This document shows, piece by piece, positions 8,753 through 18,196 of a stretch of DNA of 60,436 nucleotides. Location: positions 1-60,436 of the IMG/VR virus record IMGVR_UViG_3300032287_002746. One strand, given 5' to 3'. The position numbers and the translations under genes are program-made. The notes beneath the pieces are model-generated. The model had not been told where the DNA came from. It ran no database searches and saw only the letters and a program-made list of their open reading frames with translations. Every line of letters starts with the position of its first letter. The stretch's first letter is position 1. The stretch is from a virus (taxonomy: Duplodnaviria; Caudoviricetes).

Positions 8753-9851
8753 ACGTGAAGAAATCCAACGTGAAGCATTATTTGCCACAGAAGGAGTTCA
8801 TCGTTGTACGTTAGGTGTTTCAATGGGTGTTGGTAAGACTTACATAGGTCTTCGACACATGGATGATCAATATAATAATCATGGTGCAACTAAATTCTTA
8901 GTAGTTGCACCAAAACTTTCTATATTTACTTCTTGGAAAGATGATGCAGTAAAGTTTGGTTTAGAACATCTTTTACCTCATATTAAGTTTACTACCTATC
9001 TATCATTGACAAAACAAAATGTCGATTATGATTGCATATACTTAGATGAGTGTCATAACTTATTGTACACCCACGAGACATATCTTCTTTTTTACCACGG
9101 TAAAATATTAGGATTGTCCGGAACACCTCCACGTCACGCTACTTCAGAAAAAGGAATAATGGTCAGCAGATATTGTCCAATTGTATATTCATACATAACA
9201 GACGATGCAATTGATGATAACATACTTAATGATTATCGTATTGTTGTACATTTATTACCATTATCTACCCAAAAAACATACAAAGTTACCAAGAAAAACG
9301 GTGGATTTTTTATGACTTCTGAGCGTGATCACTACAACTATTGGACAAACACCATAGATAGAGAATTTTCTATTGGTTCTAAACAAAAATTACGCATATT
9401 GCGTATGCAAGGATTAATGCAATATCCTACTAAAGAAAAGTATGCAAAACATTTACTGCAGCATGTTGATGATAAGTGTATAGTGTTTTGCAACAATACT
9501 GATCAAGCTGATAGAGTTTGTGACAACAGTTATCACAGTAAAAATGTTAACAGTGAAGATAACTTACAAGCATTTAAACAGGGAATGTTTAACTGTTTAT
9601 CTGCAGTTCAACAATTAAATGAAGGTGTAAATATTCCAAATTTAAAATATGGAATTATTATGCATTCGTATAGTAATGAACGTAAAAGCAATCAGCGTAT
9701 TGGTAGGTTGTTAAGACTTAATCCGGATCAACAATCTGTAATTCATATTCTTGCTTATAAAGATACTGTAGATACAGAATGGACAATTAGTGCGCTTAGC
9801 GATTTAGATCAATCAAAAATAACTTGGAAAGATGGAGAATATAACAGTTAA
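8739..9851 (+). CDS. superfamily 2 helicase
   Basis: GVGKT, DECH, SGT, EGVNIP, QRIGRLLR. Confidence 0.93.
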   Translation: MKQDKREEIQREALFATEGVHRCTLGVSMGVGKTYIGLRHMDDQYNNHGATKFLVVAPKLSIFTSWKDDAVKFGLEHLLPHIKFTTYLSLTKQNVDYDCIYLDECHNLLYTHETYLLFYHGKILGLSGTPPRHATSEKGIMVSRYCPIVYSYITDDAIDDNILNDYRIVVHLLPLSTQKTYKVTKKNGGFFMTSERDHYNYWTNTIDREFSIGSKQKLRILRMQGLMQYPTKEKYAKHLLQHVDDKCIVFCNNTDQADRVCDNSYHSKNVNSEDNLQAFKQGMFNCLSAVQQLNEGVNIPNLKYGIIMHSYSNERKSNQRIGRLLRLNPDQQSVIHILAYKDTVDTEWTISALSDLDQSKITWKDGEYNS

Positions 9852-10209
9852 ATTTGGAAAGCACAATGGAGAACTAAAACCATTGACAATTACTGATGCT
9901 ACATTGTACAATCAGTTTAAAAAAGATCTTGCTGATGGTGAAATGATAGAATTATATATCACTAAACTATCAGATGAAGACGATAAAACTATTGGACAAC
10001 TTGCAAAAGTACATGCGTCTATTAGAGATTTGGCAAGATTTACAGGACACACATTTGAAGAAATGAAAGATGCTGTAAAAGAAAAAGCAGGACTTTACGA
10101 TCCTGCTTCTAAAGAGTATAAAAGTTTTGCTGAATGTAGTAAAACTGAATTGTCAGATGCTATACAAATCTGCATAGAAATTGGTAATACTGTTGGATTT
10201 TACTTTTGA
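9832..10209 (+). CDS. NinB/Orf-like recombination protein
   Basis: Q.AKVHA.IRDLA..TGHTFEEMK...KS...S..ELS pattern. Confidence 0.6.
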   Translation: MENITVKFGKHNGELKPLTITDATLYNQFKKDLADGEMIELYITKLSDEDDKTIGQLAKVHASIRDLARFTGHTFEEMKDAVKEKAGLYDPASKEYKSFAECSKTELSDAIQICIEIGNTVGFYF

Positions 10210-10228
10210 TTATTAATAGTAAATAGTA

Positions 10229-10591
10229 TTACTTTTTTTCTTCTGTTTGCGCAGCTTGTTCTTGTTGTTCTTGAATTTTTTTCTTAAGATCTTCTTGACT
10301 AATAAAATTTGTCTTCCCTTCTGCTTTAGCATTTTTTTGAAATTCAGATAAAACAATTAGTAATGTTTCAAGATGAAAATCTTCTTCATCAGTAATTGCT
10401 TGAGATTTTGCTTTTTCAAGAAATTTTTGAATATTTTCATTAGATCTACCTTTTAACATAGATAAATACAATGCTTGTAATCTTTGAAAAAATGTTGTAC
10501 TCATTTTAATGTTTACAATTGCTTTTTCATCAATTACTTCAACAAGTTCTTCTGCTTGTTTTGCAGAAGTTTTTTTAGTTTGTTTTGCCAT
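10229..10591 (-). CDS. hypothetical helical protein (solitary antisense gene)
   Basis: Fills the gap between + genes; own upstream promoter-like element. Confidence 0.8.
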   Translation of the reverse strand: MAKQTKKTSAKQAEELVEVIDEKAIVNIKMSTTFFQRLQALYLSMLKGRSNENIQKFLEKAKSQAITDEEDFHLETLLIVLSEFQKNAKAEGKTNFISQEDLKKKIQEQQEQAAQTEEKK

Positions 10592-10617
10592 GGTTTTATA
10601 ATTAATTAATTAACATA

Positions 10618-10626
10618 CAAATATAC
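10618..10626 (-). promoter_or_regulatory. Bacteroidota-type -7 element (TAnnTTTG)
   Basis: Minus strand GTATATTTG about 27 nt upstream of the 10591 ATG. Confidence 0.55.
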
Positions 10627-10631
10627 AATAA

Positions 10632-11369
10632 ATGTCAAATATACCAAATAAATTAACTCCACAAGAATATGCATCAAAGATGTATGAAATGCTGAAACCA
10701 TCAGGGTGGCATAATGTTTTAAAAGGTTTTCTATTGTCAGAAGACTTTGTTCATATAATCAAAGTACTTGAAAATTGTGTTGCTGAAGATCAGCGTTTTA
10801 CTCCACCATTAAAACAGGTATTTAGAGCATTTATGGAATGTCCGTATGATACAACTAATGTAATCATAGTAGGACAAGATCCGTATCCTCAGTTAGGTGT
10901 TGCTGATGGTATTGCTTTTTCGTGTGGTAATACCAAAAAACCAGAAGCATCGTTGCGTTACATTTTTAAAGAAGTAAACAAAATTGTTTACAATAATGAA
11001 AAAGATGTAGCTACATTTGATCCAGATTTATCACGATGGTCAAAGCAAGGTATCCTTATGTTGAACACATCGCTTACTACAGAAATTGGTAAGATTGGTA
11101 AACACATTCCTATTTGGGATCCTTTTAATAAGTATCTTATCGATATGCTTAACGCAAACGATAGAGAATACATTTGGGTTCTTATGGGTAAACAGGCACA
11201 ACAGAACGAAGATTTGATTGATAACATCCTGAATAACACACAGATACTAAAATGTTCACATCCAGCATCAGCGGCATATCAAAAGTCTGCTGAATGGAAT
11301 AGTAACAACATTTTTAATCAGGTAAACGATGCTTTAAAAGCAGCAAATAAACCAAAAATAGTGTGGTAA
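10632..11369 (+). CDS. ung: uracil-DNA glycosylase, family 1
   Basis: GQDPYP, GIAFS, LNTSLT, SHPAS. Confidence 0.95.
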   Translation: MSNIPNKLTPQEYASKMYEMLKPSGWHNVLKGFLLSEDFVHIIKVLENCVAEDQRFTPPLKQVFRAFMECPYDTTNVIIVGQDPYPQLGVADGIAFSCGNTKKPEASLRYIFKEVNKIVYNNEKDVATFDPDLSRWSKQGILMLNTSLTTEIGKIGKHIPIWDPFNKYLIDMLNANDREYIWVLMGKQAQQNEDLIDNILNNTQILKCSHPASAAYQKSAEWNSNNIFNQVNDALKAANKPKIVW

Positions 11370-11436
11370 AAACTTGTTTAACTTTTAAAAGTTTATTATC
11401 TTCGTAATCTAATTTAAACTTTATATATTTATTTCC

Positions 11437-12423
11437 ATGGTTGATGAACCAAAAAAAATAGAATGGAAACAGTATGGTGAAGTGATGAATGAAGGTATCA
11501 AATACATTCACTCAAGAGCAAGTGGAAGTATTAAATCTTTAAAAACTCAATGGAAACAATTCAATAAGATTGGATTAAACGGTATTGAGTGGCAATCACT
11601 ATATGTTATCGCTGCAAGACCAGGAGTTGGTAAAACTCTTATTGCAGCATCTTTAACACGAGAATTACAGCGTTTGAATCCGGAACAGGATTTTGCTGTA
11701 CTGCATTTTCAATTTGAGATGCTTGGTAGAAACATGGCGTTGCGTGAGTTATCAGCAACCAGTGGATTAAATATCAGATATTTACAGTCTGCACAAGATG
11801 ATGGTATGCCACCATTGACCAGTGCAGATTTTAATAAATTGAAAGAGTACGCAAGTAAACAAGGTATTAGAAAAGAATACATTATTGACAAAGCATTGAC
11901 TGTAAACGAAATGCGTAGTGCTATTTTTAGTTTCTACAACACAATGAAGAAACCTTTTGTTATTACTTTGGATCATACTCTTTTAGTAAAACAATCTGGT
12001 AGTGAGAATAATAAGCAATCAACCTTGCAAAATCTTGCTATCATGATGACAGAAATGAAAAATATGTTGCCAGTAACTTTCATTGTACTGACGCAATTGA
12101 ATAGAGAAATTGACGATCCAGAACGTCAGAAACCGACAGGGAGAGGTGAAGGACACTATCCCACTGAGTCTGATGTTTATGGTAGTGATTTTTTACTTCA
12201 ATGTGCAGATGTTATGATTGCTTTTAACCGCCCAGCAAAGTATAATTTAGGACTTTATGGACCAAATAAGTATGTCATAGATGATAAGTTCCTGCTGGCA
12301 ATGCATATTTTGAAGAATCGATTTGGTGATGTTGGTATTCAATGGTATAGAGCAGAATATGCTAAGATGACTATTGTGGAAGCTGCCACTCCATCAACTC
12401 GAATAATTAGTAGTTCAAGTTAA
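11437..12423 (+). CDS. dnaB: DnaB-like replicative helicase
   Basis: AARPGVGKT, FEM, LDH, QLNR, KNRFG. Confidence 0.92.
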   Translation: MVDEPKKIEWKQYGEVMNEGIKYIHSRASGSIKSLKTQWKQFNKIGLNGIEWQSLYVIAARPGVGKTLIAASLTRELQRLNPEQDFAVLHFQFEMLGRNMALRELSATSGLNIRYLQSAQDDGMPPLTSADFNKLKEYASKQGIRKEYIIDKALTVNEMRSAIFSFYNTMKKPFVITLDHTLLVKQSGSENNKQSTLQNLAIMMTEMKNMLPVTFIVLTQLNREIDDPERQKPTGRGEGHYPTESDVYGSDFLLQCADVMIAFNRPAKYNLGLYGPNKYVIDDKFLLAMHILKNRFGDVGIQWYRAEYAKMTIVEAATPSTRIISSSS

Positions 12424-12454
12424 ATGTAAAATGTAAAATGTAAATTAAAATGTA
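12422..12454 (+). repeat. AAATGTA heptamer, four copies
   Basis: Copies at 12422, 12429, 12436 and 12448. Confidence 0.8.
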
Positions 12455-12460
12455 ATTATT

Positions 12461-13099
12461 ATGTCAACAACAACAAAGAAAAAACACATTAATGAGCTTA
12501 CTGAAGAGTTCAGACCTTTTTGGGAACCTTTGTTTGAAGAAATGGGTATTGAAAACCCTTTGTTTTTTGCAAAATTATGTTACAATGGTAACGAATTTGG
12601 AGCACTGCCTGTAGAAACTATTAGGTTTTATGCAGAACAGATTTCCAAAAACCAAGATGTATTCATAGAACTCTTTGACTGGTTTGATAAACCTTATCAT
12701 GAAGGAGAACGTGTGCTTTACAGATTTAAAAATGATCCTGATTGGAGAGATAATCCAGCAGATTACAGAGAAATAACAAAAAAGAAAGATGGAACAATGC
12801 TTCCTTATCCGTCTTATGCTTTTAAGTTATCTTCTTGCGAAGTGGTAAACAGAACAAATATTAAGTTCAGTGTGCCAGAACCTCAAACAAAAACATCAGA
12901 AGAACCAGAACTTACGCTTCCTAAGTACGGTGAAATTGATAATGAGATATTTGATGACAACTATCTCGAAAAAGATGATAATCATTATGCTCAAATGACA
13001 ATTAGAGACATTTACTGTATTGTACAGAATGTTCCAATGTCAAACAAAAAGTGGTTAAACAATTTAATAAAAGACGGTAAACAATGGCAACAGAAGTAA
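12461..13099 (+). CDS. hypothetical replication-module protein
   Basis: C-terminal MTIRD...P.SNKKWLN.LI motif; position in the replication module. Confidence 0.8.
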   Translation: MSTTTKKKHINELTEEFRPFWEPLFEEMGIENPLFFAKLCYNGNEFGALPVETIRFYAEQISKNQDVFIELFDWFDKPYHEGERVLYRFKNDPDWRDNPADYREITKKKDGTMLPYPSYAFKLSSCEVVNRTNIKFSVPEPQTKTSEEPELTLPKYGEIDNEIFDDNYLEKDDNHYAQMTIRDIYCIVQNVPMSNKKWLNNLIKDGKQWQQK

Positions 13100-13842
13100 A
13101 AGGTATAGAATTACCAACTGCTACAGTAAAATCAGTAGTAAAGAGTCCAAAAAACTTAATCATATTTAGTAAACCAAAAACAGGTAAAACAACATTGTTG
13201 TCACAATTGCCTAACTGTTTACTTATAGATTTGGAAAGTGGTTCTGATTATGTTGATGCAATGAAAATTAAAGCAAGCAACATTAAAGAACTAATGGATA
13301 TTGAAGCTGCTATTATTAAAGCAGGTAAGCCATATAAGTATATCGCTTTGGACACTATTACAGCATTAGAAGACATGTGTATTCCATACGCAGAGCATTT
13401 GTATTCGTTATCACCAATGGGTGCTAATTGGAAAACAACTGGTAAAGCAAAGTATGGTAACATATTGAATCTTGCAAATGGTGCAGGTTATCCGTGGTTA
13501 CGTCAAGCGTTTAATGACATTACATCAAGAATCAAAAATCTTGCTCCTAATGTTATTTTTTGTGGTCACGTAAAAGACACGTTGTTATCTAAGAATGGTA
13601 ATGATTTTAGTTCGTTGGATCTTAATCTAACAGGTAAACTGAAAGATATTACTACTTCTAAGTCAGACGCGATTGGGTACTTAGTACGCAAAGGAGACAA
13701 AAATATCTTGAGTTTTAAGACACAAGATGATATTTCATGTGGTGCAAGACCAGAACATTTAAGAAACAAAGAGATTGTTATCTCTGAAACTCTTGAAGAT
13801 GGTACTATTGTAACACACTGGGATGAAGTATTTATTGATTAA
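13084..13842 (+). CDS. Sak4-like AAA ATPase / single-strand annealing protein
   Basis: SKPKTGKTT, IDLE.G, LDTIT, GHVKD. Confidence 0.85.
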   Translation: MATEVKGIELPTATVKSVVKSPKNLIIFSKPKTGKTTLLSQLPNCLLIDLESGSDYVDAMKIKASNIKELMDIEAAIIKAGKPYKYIALDTITALEDMCIPYAEHLYSLSPMGANWKTTGKAKYGNILNLANGAGYPWLRQAFNDITSRIKNLAPNVIFCGHVKDTLLSKNGNDFSSLDLNLTGKLKDITTSKSDAIGYLVRKGDKNILSFKTQDDISCGARPEHLRNKEIVISETLEDGTIVTHWDEVFID

Positions 13843-13878
13843 TTAAAAAGTATTATTAAAATTAAAAATTAGAAAAAA

Positions 13879-14625
13879 ATGGGAACATTTAGTTTAAACA
13901 ATTACAATCCATCAGAAGGAAATTATGTATCTAAAATTTTATTACCGGGTACTCACAAATGTAGAATCATTGACTTAAAATTGGAAAGACCTCCTTATGA
14001 CAGAGATCAATATAATTTGATTTTTGTATTAGAAGGTGAAGAAGTTGGTGATGGATTTGAAGGTATTCAAATTAACAGATTAGATCCTTCTAAAGGAAAC
14101 TATAAAGGACAGATTGCTTCTGTAAGAAGTGGTCAGTTTGGATTCAAAGACTGGGTTTACAAAGGTAAAACTATCTTGAGAGACGAGTCCATTCAAAATT
14201 TCTTAGGTAGTTTCTTGAAACAACTTGGATTGTTAGAAAAGTTCCAAGGACTTAATATTCAGTGTGATACAATTGAAGATTTGGTTGTTGCAATCAGAAA
14301 TTTCATTTGTAAACCAGACTTCTGGTTGTATTTTACAATTGGTGGTCAAAAATATTTCAAAGATGGTTCAGACTATCCAAACTATTCTTTATTTTTACCA
14401 AAAAGAACTGAGGGTAAATATGCTTATGCATTAACTGCAGAAGATCCAAACTTCTTGCAGTTTAACGAAGCTGTTCATATCTATGAGAAAAAAGTTACTG
14501 AAGATACTTCTGAAGCAGTAAGTGAATTTTCTGCAGCTCCTGCAGCTCAAGATATTTTCAATGACACGCCAGCTGCAAACACGCCAGTTTTTGATGACAA
14601 TGTAAATGACTTACAACTACCATAA
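13879..14625 (+). CDS. putative ssDNA-binding protein
   Basis: Follows Sak4; acidic tail ending DLQLP. Confidence 0.65.
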   Translation: MGTFSLNNYNPSEGNYVSKILLPGTHKCRIIDLKLERPPYDRDQYNLIFVLEGEEVGDGFEGIQINRLDPSKGNYKGQIASVRSGQFGFKDWVYKGKTILRDESIQNFLGSFLKQLGLLEKFQGLNIQCDTIEDLVVAIRNFICKPDFWLYFTIGGQKYFKDGSDYPNYSLFLPKRTEGKYAYALTAEDPNFLQFNEAVHIYEKKVTEDTSEAVSEFSAAPAAQDIFNDTPAANTPVFDDNVNDLQLP

Positions 14626-14648
14626 TTAAAATGTTTTATTTTTAAGAT

Positions 14649-14680
14649 AAGGGTAGATGTAATGTCTACCCTTTTCATTT
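14649..14680 (+). terminator. Rho-independent terminator
   Basis: AAGGGTAGAT-GTAAT-GTCTACCCTT followed by T-rich tail. Confidence 0.75.
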
Positions 14681-14698
14681 TAATGTAAAATAGTAATT

Positions 14699-15730
14699 AT
14701 GTTTAGTTTAAATAATTTTGTCGCATCAATAGAGGATGTACCATCAGATTGGATATTTGAAAACTATTTGGAGCTTAACGAAAAGTTATCAGGTCAAAAT
14801 GTTAGAATGAACAGTCTGTTTAATCCACACGATAGAGATCCATCAATGTATCTTTATTATGTGAAAGCAATTGGTAAGTACCGGTACAAATGTTTTTCAA
14901 CTGGTAAATCTGGCAATGCAGTTGATTTAATGGCAAAATTGTGGAATGTTGATTACGGTTCTGCAGTCTATAAGATTTTGGATGATTATCAGTCTTTCTT
15001 AAAGACAGGTAAAAAGACTCCAAAAAAAGAATTTGTTGAAACTAAATGGATTGTTTCTGAATATTTTATCAGAAGTTGGACCAGAGACGACGCAGATTTC
15101 TGGTTACAGTTTAATATTGGTAGTAAGTTATTAGATAAGTATAATGTAATTCCATTGCGCAGTTACACTATGGCAAAGCAAATTGGCGATGCTGTTACTG
15201 ACGAAGAGTTTCATGTACAAAAAAAGTACACTTATTTGTACACTACAATGTACAACGAGATGTACAAGATTTACCAACCAAAAAATACTGCTAAGAAATT
15301 CTTAAAGTTGATGGACCATACTCAAGGTATAGATCAGTTAGAAGGAGCCAGATTTTTAGTTATCACATCTTCTCTGAAAGATTGTATGGCAATTAGAAGT
15401 ATTCCAGGTCTTGACGTTGACGTTATAGCACCAGATAGTGAGAATACAAAGTTGTCTCCAGAATTAATTGAATCCATGAAAAGTAGTTACGAAGCTGTTG
15501 TTACTTATATGGATAGTGATGCTGCAGGTATTGCAAGTATGAAATATTATTTCGAAACTTATAATTTACCATTTTGCTACATACCACTTGAAAAAGACTT
15601 TAGTGACATCGTCAAAGTGCATGGTATCAAAAAAGCAGCGTATACTTTTATACCAGTTTTAGATAAAGCTGTTGCAAAATATAAAGAGTTAAATAGAGAA
15701 TGGCTTGATAAAAGCGATTTAGTTTATTAG
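14699..15730 (+). CDS. dnaG: DNA primase (DnaG/TOPRIM)
   Basis: Degenerate N-terminal finger (PHDRDPS..KCFSTG), ITSSLKD, DSDAAG, KDFSD. Confidence 0.85.
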   Translation: MFSLNNFVASIEDVPSDWIFENYLELNEKLSGQNVRMNSLFNPHDRDPSMYLYYVKAIGKYRYKCFSTGKSGNAVDLMAKLWNVDYGSAVYKILDDYQSFLKTGKKTPKKEFVETKWIVSEYFIRSWTRDDADFWLQFNIGSKLLDKYNVIPLRSYTMAKQIGDAVTDEEFHVQKKYTYLYTTMYNEMYKIYQPKNTAKKFLKLMDHTQGIDQLEGARFLVITSSLKDCMAIRSIPGLDVDVIAPDSENTKLSPELIESMKSSYEAVVTYMDSDAAGIASMKYYFETYNLPFCYIPLEKDFSDIVKVHGIKKAAYTFIPVLDKAVAKYKELNREWLDKSDLVY

Positions 15731-15735
15731 ATTTG
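15728..15735 (+). promoter_or_regulatory. TAnnTTTG element
   Basis: TAGATTTG 16 nt upstream of the GIY-YIG ATG. Confidence 0.4.
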
Positions 15736-15751
15736 TAAAAAAATCAACATT

Positions 15752-16207
15752 ATGAGCAACTGGATCTTAACTGAAAGTAATAACAAAGTAATTACAAGTT
15801 TAGAGGATATACCTAACAATGAGCATGTTATAGGTTTTGTTTACAAAATTACACACATTGGAACTGGTAAATTCTACATTGGCAAAAAAAGTCTATTCGC
15901 ATCAAGAAAGACTGCAATCAGTAAAAAAGAAAAAGCAACTACCGGTACAAGAAAACGTACTAAAACAGTTGTAAAACAATCTAACTGGTTGTCATATTTT
16001 GGTAGTTGTAAAGAACTATCTGAAGAAGTGCTGAGAAATGGAGCACATAGTTATAAACGTGAGATTCTTGAATTGTGTTGCACTAAAAAATACCTTAATT
16101 ATTGTGAGTTGGCGCATCAAGTAAAAAATGATGTGCTGACCAACAATAGTTACAACGGTAACATATTAGGAAGATACTTTGCAAGAGATATGCAAAATTG
16201 TAAATAA
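15752..16207 (+). CDS. GIY-YIG family endonuclease
   Basis: GFVYKIT...FYIGKK, YFGS, REIL, YN.NI. Confidence 0.85.
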   Translation: MSNWILTESNNKVITSLEDIPNNEHVIGFVYKITHIGTGKFYIGKKSLFASRKTAISKKEKATTGTRKRTKTVVKQSNWLSYFGSCKELSEEVLRNGAHSYKREILELCCTKKYLNYCELAHQVKNDVLTNNSYNGNILGRYFARDMQNCK

Positions 16208-17250
16208 TGAAAGTACAAAATTTAATGCCTACAGTAGCAGATCGTCTGCAAAAAGAAGAAGAGTTCTTTGACAAAAGTTTTATGATGTCTTATTCAGGTT
16301 TGAATAAGTTGTTATATAGTCCAAGATTGTTTTATTTACATTACATCTTAGGACAACGCGATGACGCGACTGACAAATTTGCAATAGAAGGGAAGTTAAT
16401 CCACTGTCTATTTTTAAAACCAGAAGATTTTGACAAAGAGTTTGCATTAAGCATTGCTGATGTACCAAGTGATAATCCAAAAACATTATTGGATCGTTTG
16501 TTTGTACACTACAAGGAGCTTAACGCTGCAGGTGATCCAAGAGAAAACTTGGAACATTTTGAACATGCAATACTGGATATTCTAAAAGACATGAACTTGT
16601 ATCAGACTTTAAAGACTGATGCTCAGCGTGTTGAAAAGATTATTACAGAACGACACGTTGCTTACTGGGACCACTTAAAAAATGGTGAAGGTAAAATACT
16701 TGTAGATCCTGATACATATGCTCAATGTCAAGCAATTGTAGAAGAAATCAAATCAAAAGATAATGTTATGTCTGTAATGGGGTATAGACCTCAGTTTGGA
16801 GATGACATTAAGTTGCAAAATGAAATTGAACTTGCAGCATTTGATGATAAGTATCCATTGTTTGGATTAAGAGGATTCATTGACAACTTGGTAATTGATC
16901 ACACTAACAAAGTAATACGTGTTAATGATTTAAAGAAATCAAGTAAAGACATATCTTCTTTTCCAGAGTCAATTGAATACTATAAATATTGGATGCAAGC
17001 AGCTATGTACTACATGTTAGTATGTAATGTGTATTTATTCAAGCCAGAGTATTCAGACTACAAATTTGAATTTAGATTCATTGTGGTTGACAATTATCTG
17101 CAGATTGCACCAATTAGAGTTTCAACTGAAACTTTAAAAGAATGGGTTAAGAAAACCCAAGCACTATTGGATCAAGCTCATTATCATTTTGATAACAAGA
17201 ACTTTGATCTACCATATGAATTTTTAATCAATGATGAAATTGTGTTATGA
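16207..17250 (+). CDS. PD-(D/E)XK exonuclease (RecE/DUF3799-like)
   Basis: SYSGL, G.LIH, RGFID, NDLK, QAAMY. Confidence 0.85.
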   Translation: MKVQNLMPTVADRLQKEEEFFDKSFMMSYSGLNKLLYSPRLFYLHYILGQRDDATDKFAIEGKLIHCLFLKPEDFDKEFALSIADVPSDNPKTLLDRLFVHYKELNAAGDPRENLEHFEHAILDILKDMNLYQTLKTDAQRVEKIITERHVAYWDHLKNGEGKILVDPDTYAQCQAIVEEIKSKDNVMSVMGYRPQFGDDIKLQNEIELAAFDDKYPLFGLRGFIDNLVIDHTNKVIRVNDLKKSSKDISSFPESIEYYKYWMQAAMYYMLVCNVYLFKPEYSDYKFEFRFIVVDNYLQIAPIRVSTETLKEWVKKTQALLDQAHYHFDNKNFDLPYEFLINDEIVL

Positions 17251-17795
17251 TAACTGATATTTATAGAAAATATTTTCAGAAATCTTACAACTTCTTGTAT
17301 CCTTTATTAGGATTAAAGAAACACAAAACCCACAAACCTTCCCAAACTTATATAGAATGGGAAGGTGTTTGTGATTTTACATCAAGAAAACTAATATGTG
17401 TATTTAAAAAACAAGACACCCCGGAATGGAAACATTTTGAGATGAATTATTTAATTGCACATAGTATGCTTGATCACTGTGTTCCTATTGACCAGGACAC
17501 AATTGCATATGTATTTAATCTAAACTCTAAAGCAGATGATTTTGATGCATTTTGCAACGGTCAGTATTCACGATTTTCTCCTGAATCAAAAAAGATGTTG
17601 AGTAACTATTATGGAGTTCATACTCCAGAGTGGGTATTCATGGAATCTTACTTGTATCCAGAAAAATATTTTAAGAAATACGCAGAAATTTTAATGATTG
17701 ATGTGGAAATTCTCAAAAAAGTTGGCGAACTTTGTGAAAAATACGATCAGGAAAAAGAGGTATATACTACACCTCATCCGGAAATCCAAGTATAA
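17247..17795 (+). CDS. hypothetical protein
   Basis: Coupled ORF; FLYPLLG and F..GQYS.FS motifs. Confidence 0.8.
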   Translation: MITDIYRKYFQKSYNFLYPLLGLKKHKTHKPSQTYIEWEGVCDFTSRKLICVFKKQDTPEWKHFEMNYLIAHSMLDHCVPIDQDTIAYVFNLNSKADDFDAFCNGQYSRFSPESKKMLSNYYGVHTPEWVFMESYLYPEKYFKKYAEILMIDVEILKKVGELCEKYDQEKEVYTTPHPEIQV

Positions 17796-17813
17796 TATAA
17801 ACCAAAAAAAATA

Positions 17814-18182
17814 ATGATAGCACAAAGTATGCTTATTTATTCTACTGACTGGTATGGTAGAAGAACTTTTAGAATGTTACCAGCAACAGAAGAATGCCCT
17901 TATAATGAAGTAATTTTTGATCCAAGTACAAAGGTTCTTGCTGTTATCAGTAAAGAATTTAAAGAAAAGCCACACATGTTTCCAAAGTTAAATGTAACAG
18001 GTAAACCGTTACACACAACTGCTGCTGGACAAGACTATGTGGAAGAACGTATTGTAATGGATACTTATTACGAGTACTATCTTGATAATATGGATGACAT
18101 TAGAGTTTTTGTAAATCATTTTGCAATTAACAGTGATCATTCTGCAATCAAAATTCTTGATGAAGTTCTAACAGAAGAATAA
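17814..18182 (+). CDS. hypothetical protein
   Basis: 122-aa ORF upstream of the polymerase. Confidence 0.8.
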   Translation: MIAQSMLIYSTDWYGRRTFRMLPATEECPYNEVIFDPSTKVLAVISKEFKEKPHMFPKLNVTGKPLHTTAAGQDYVEERIVMDTYYEYYLDNMDDIRVFVNHFAINSDHSAIKILDEVLTEE

Positions 18183-18196
18183 TTCTAACAATTAAA

